In this document: positions 59,459-64,000 of the stretch, one piece after another
Position numbering within the stretch: position 1 is the first letter of the stretch
How the letters are laid out: every line of letters begins with the position of its first letter
NCBI GenBank assembly: GCA_964106645.2
Contig: OZ067045.1
Length of the DNA stretch: 64,000 nt
Origin: Podarcis pityusensis
Lineage: Eukaryota
Direction: 5' to 3' (one strand)
Notes under the pieces: generated by a model
The model's database searches: none
What the model was told of the DNA's origin: nothing
The model's input: the letters and a program-made list of their open reading frames with translations, nothing else
Program-made: the position numbers and the translations under genes

Positions 59459-62400
59459 AGACACGCTTCTATCCTCCATCCAGGTAAGCAGGAGTCATTA
59501 TTAGTGTTCAGGGCCACAGTCCAGCTAGGCAACAACACTCAAGGAGGCTGCAAGGCTGGACCAGTTAAGGATGTGGCCTGGGGGGGGGGAGTGGCTTGGG
59601 GAAAATTCAGAGAAGGCTAAGTGGCCACAGTTGACTCCCAGACCTGGAGTGAGGTTCCCAATCCCTGTCCTATTGTTTGAAGGCCAGCTAATGACTCAGA
59701 AAACCACCACAAAAATCTAGGCAAATACAACTGATCCATTTCGTGGTTATTTCGATGCCTTACATTTTAAACGGAGTTTGTCAATCCCATTTACTTTTCG
59801 AAATATTTTTGTTTACTTTGGGTAAGATAGAACCCCAAATCATTAGTGGGAGTAAAGGTATAAATATTACACAGACACCACCCTAATTGTAAACAAAGCT
59901 GAGGGAATAATTCACAGCCCATCACTTATTTGACAAGTGTCACCTCTTCTTCTGGCTGCAAATAGTTCATCAGCTGTCAATGACTTCTTTGGCTCCCAGT
60001 GCTGCTAATTTAGTGTCATTATTCAAGTGGAATGACAACCCATGAGCTGTGCTTGCCCTAAAATTACTTTTGCTCGGGTCTGGCGTAGCTGCCAGTTCAC
60101 CTGACTCCCTAGCAGGGCCTATGCCAACAAATGTCCTGGACTCCCCACTCCAAGTAGCCAAGCCTTGCCAAGTCTATGCTAGAGAGGTAGGATTTGAATG
60201 GGTGACTTCACTGCTCAGTTTTAGCCACCGTGTTCCACTAGCTTGCATACTAATGCCAGGTGTCATTTATTTATCATCGCGAGCAATAGCTTGGAATGAA
60301 TGAAACTTTATTTGCATAAAGTTGCAAATACTGGACCTTATTCTAATTGTCCCAGCTAGAAACCTTGCAATAGCTTTTATAATTGGGATTTTAAAAATAA
60401 TAATAATAATAAACCTCTTCATAAAAGGGATTACGGCTGTAATCAATTTGTGGAAGGACTGCTTTAATTAATCCAATAGGATTAACGATGAGACCCTTGT
60501 ACTGTTCCCCATGCCCCTCAGCTTTCTTGCCGTCCTATCCAAAACATCTAGTGGGTGCCCTCATTGTTTATGGCTCGTACAGAGATGCCATCGAGCGAAG
60601 CAAAATGACAGATGACAAGCTGGAAAGAGTGTATGTTTCCACAAATCTGTTGATAAACTCTCCTAGATAGTCACGAGTAAGTTGTTCCTATGCCTTGCTC
60701 TATAGGAATTAGGGTTTTCCCTACTCATCTTCCATCAGGGGAACGGGTTTGTGCCAGCGGCTGCCATCCCCTCAAGCAGATGTCTTGTGAACTGTTCTTT
60801 TCAAACTTCCTCACATGTTGCACATAAATACATCAGAGGTTGATTTATGTGCAAATGGGTGAAGATGGAGGGGCTGGGGGACAGGGTCAAATTATCCTCA
60901 CAAGGTTCATAAGAAATTCAGCACACTGGTAAAAATAGAGTATTGTTATTTTTAAAAAATGTTGGAGATTAGGCAAGGAATACAAATAATTCTCAAAACA
61001 GAACAAATTAGCAAAAGACACAATCAGACACCAAGGTTTATAAAATTGGCAGTGCCATTCTATTTTCTACTCAGAAAAAAGGCACATTAAGTTCAATGGG
61101 ACTTACTCTCAAGTAAGTGAATACAGAGTTGCAGTCTAAGAATGGTATGGTGTAATGAAATATGATTTTTTCCTCTCTCCCTCTCACACACAATACTTTA
61201 ATTTAGGAGTCATCTGAGGATTCTAGGCTGTGGTATAGTTTGAGACTGAGTTATCAGATGCCAAAGCACAATGAGCATCTTTAAAGTGTACTTCCAGTTG
61301 TGCATTGACAAGGAAAGGCAATATGCCATAGAACTGAAGCCTGCAGCCACTTTAAAGCTGAAGCCTCAGGACCACTGCATGGAACTCTTTGGAATCTCTG
61401 CATGGTGCTTTGAAGTCTTTACCTCAGGACTTCAAAGCACCTTGTCCACTGCTTTAATTGTGACCTGAGGTGATTGGTGAAAGGGTGCCCACTTTCACCT
61501 GCCAAATTTAGACCCACAAAGCTAAGATCTGAAATTTGGCCCACAGAGCCAAATAAAAGGCTCCCCATCCCTGCTTTTTTAGAGTTTACAGTCCATCCTA
61601 ATGCTCAATAAAATAAACCCACTGAATTGATCATCATCAATGAAAATAGGCCTATTTGTTTTGAATCACTTACTTCCCATAAAACATCCCAAAACAATTT
61701 AATAAAAGAAAAAATCAACAGTAAAAGCATACATTCAAAAACTATTTCAAATTCAAATGCAGATAGAGGGTGGGACAAAAATATCCACTTAAAAGATTTG
61801 ATGGAAAAGGAAGGTTTACCAATTAGTACCGAACTGATGACATAGATGAGTCTATGTCTAATATATAATGGAAGGGGGTTCCAAAGGAGAGTTGCCCACC
61901 ACCCTAAGGGCCCAATTCCTGCATCATAGGGAACAGATCTTCTGATCTGATGGTTCCTGCAGGATGCTTTCTCCTGCGGAGTATAGTAATCAGTTGGGTA
62001 TATCAGAGGATAGGACAATATTTGAGAATCCTGGTCTCAAGTTGTACAAGGCTTTTGATTGAGGGTCTCTGAGGGACAGGAAGATCCTGACTATTTCTAT
62101 TTGGTATGGTGGGATTTTATTCCACATAGTTTAGTTTCAGAGTGGCTGGAGAAATCCAGCCAGATGGGTGGGGTATAAATAATAAAAAATATTATTATTT
62201 ATATTGGGTATTACTATTTAATATGCCCTGGATATATTGTTGAATTTTTGTTACTGTTTAATTGTCTCTGTGGTTCCATAATAATTTGAAAACTAATAAA
62301 AATATTTTTAGAAAATGGGTTCTTCCATGGATGAGTCCTTCTACCTGTGGCCTTATGTATGCATTATTTCTTTGTTGAATGAGGACATTCACTAAAGACT

Positions 62401-64000
62401 TCCTGGAAGATCTGAGGGGGGTTATTGGTGTGTTATTCACACAAGAATCTGGTTGGCCACTGTGAGAACAGGATGCTGGACTAGATGGGCCATTGGTCTG
62501 ATCCAGCAGGGCTCTTTTTATGCATAGCCGTATCGTGAGGCCCATTTTCTGAGAGGATTATCAAATCCTCACGCTGAATTTCCATTTTCTCTTCACTGCA
62601 ATAAAAGCTGTCTTTTGTGTTGCTCATAAATTCCTCTGAGGGAAAACCACCAAGTCAACCTAGGTCAATGTGTGCAGAGATGGGGCCCCGGTGGAGGTGG
62701 GTCCACGCCGTCGCTTGTCGTGAGGCCTAAGATTAATACAAATGGCCTTCCGTGTGGTCCAATTGCATCACTTCCACCCCATTCCCCACCCGGGCGACTT
62801 GCTTTCGCAGCTGCTTGATATAAATTCCTCGCATACATCTTAGTCCAGTTGGTTTATTTTTACAAACAATAAATAGCCCCAACATTCCTGCAGTCTTTCC
62901 CTTTGCTCGGGCCATCTCTCCTTGGCCATTTGCCAAAGGAGGCGGTGGCTCCGATGAGGGACATTTGCACAGATGGCGGTCATCATTTTGGGTATCGTAG
63001 CAGCGGCCCAGCCTGTGGCCCTGTCCCTGCTCTCCGACCCCCTCCCCTTTTAACCCCCTCCTTCGAAAATGATCACAATATATTATTGGGAGCTACAAAT
63101 CACTACCAGATGATATTAAGTTGCTTTGATAACACTCTCGGTCCCTTCCGGTGTGATATTTTTCTTCATTAGGAAGAATGGCTCAGGCCCACCAAATCCT
63201 CTTACTCTGTTTCCCCCTCCTCAAAATTTATAGATCACAGTCTCTAAACTAATTGTTAGTTGCACAGCATGCCTAAAGCCAGGCCCAGACGGAGCAATTA
63301 TATCCCCCTGGCCCTGATTAAAGGCACAGAGGAAACAGAAGTGCAGAGAAAATGAAACACTCTCGGCCGTTTGGGCAAAATGTCACGACTCTTCTAGGCC
63401 TTATTTGACATTTGTTGATAAAAGAAAGAGAGGAGGCGAGTTATCCATCACCGGCCCTTGTTCAAAGCCCCGAGACGTGTGACTCGCTTTTCGAGGGATA
63501 CAGGCTTGGCTTATAAAACTGTAAACAGGTTGGGGGTGGGGGTGGGGTTCTGAGGCTCACACAGACAAAAATGAGGATTTCCTCCTTGTTGCTTTCCTCA
63601 AAATTACATGGCTCGCTATGACTCAGAAGCACATTTGCTTTCTCCTGCAACACCCCAATTCTAGAGGCTTGTACTTGAACACTTCCAATAAATTTTCCCA
63701 AGTTCTAAAATTTCTGCTCTTTTGCACAGCTGCTTAGGGAGTGAGGTTGTAATTAAGGATGGGGGAGAAATGGTATGCAGTTTGCATTCAAAGGCAAACC
63801 TGCCTAATTCACACTTTGCAAAACAGCATATGAACTAAAACACAGGCATCCTTCAAAATTCGCCCTTTTCCGAATTTTGCAAAGTTCTCCAGTTAAGTAA
63901 TGTATACAAAAAAGTGGGGGCACAGACTAGGGGTAAAGTGTACATATAAATGCATACATTAGCAAAAATAGTTTACAAAAACTCAATATGTTCAGGGAAA

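Noticed and set aside
57869-59620. ORFs containing X runs
   Set aside because: They are artefacts of translating through assembly gaps.

Overview
This is vertebrate, repeat-rich, non-coding genomic DNA from a squamate, most likely a lacertid lizard (Podarcis/Lacerta type). The taxon is inferred from a lacertid-type Sauria SINE, a BovB tail, and L2, CR1 and Rex-Babar LINEs. I could not support any host protein-coding exon, so the window looks like a gene desert or a very large intron. Nearly all ORFs in the track are chance or repeat-derived. The main structure is a nested retroelement complex at about 38.1-42.1 kb. A 5'-truncated Rex1/Babar LINE (RT domain, one frameshift) is split at its last codons by a complete 2.2-kb antisense L1-type non-autonomous retroposon. 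That insert has a perfect 16-bp TSD, a poly(A) tail, a CpG-rich ETS/YY1 5' promoter, a single open 210-aa ORF with no RT or endonuclease, and a relic of the L1 ORF2 C-terminus. The whole complex may itself sit inside a solo LTR. The window also holds hAT and Tc1/mariner MITEs with verifiable TIRs and TSDs, long fold-back palindromes, an inverted pair of young SINEs flanked by assembly gaps, and several repeat-free islands with structured developmental TF motif grammar (TCF palindrome, Pbx-Hox-Meis composites, Otx/Pitx palindrome) that are candidate conserved enhancers. Family names come from pattern recognition, not database searches, and boundaries of old repeats are approximate.
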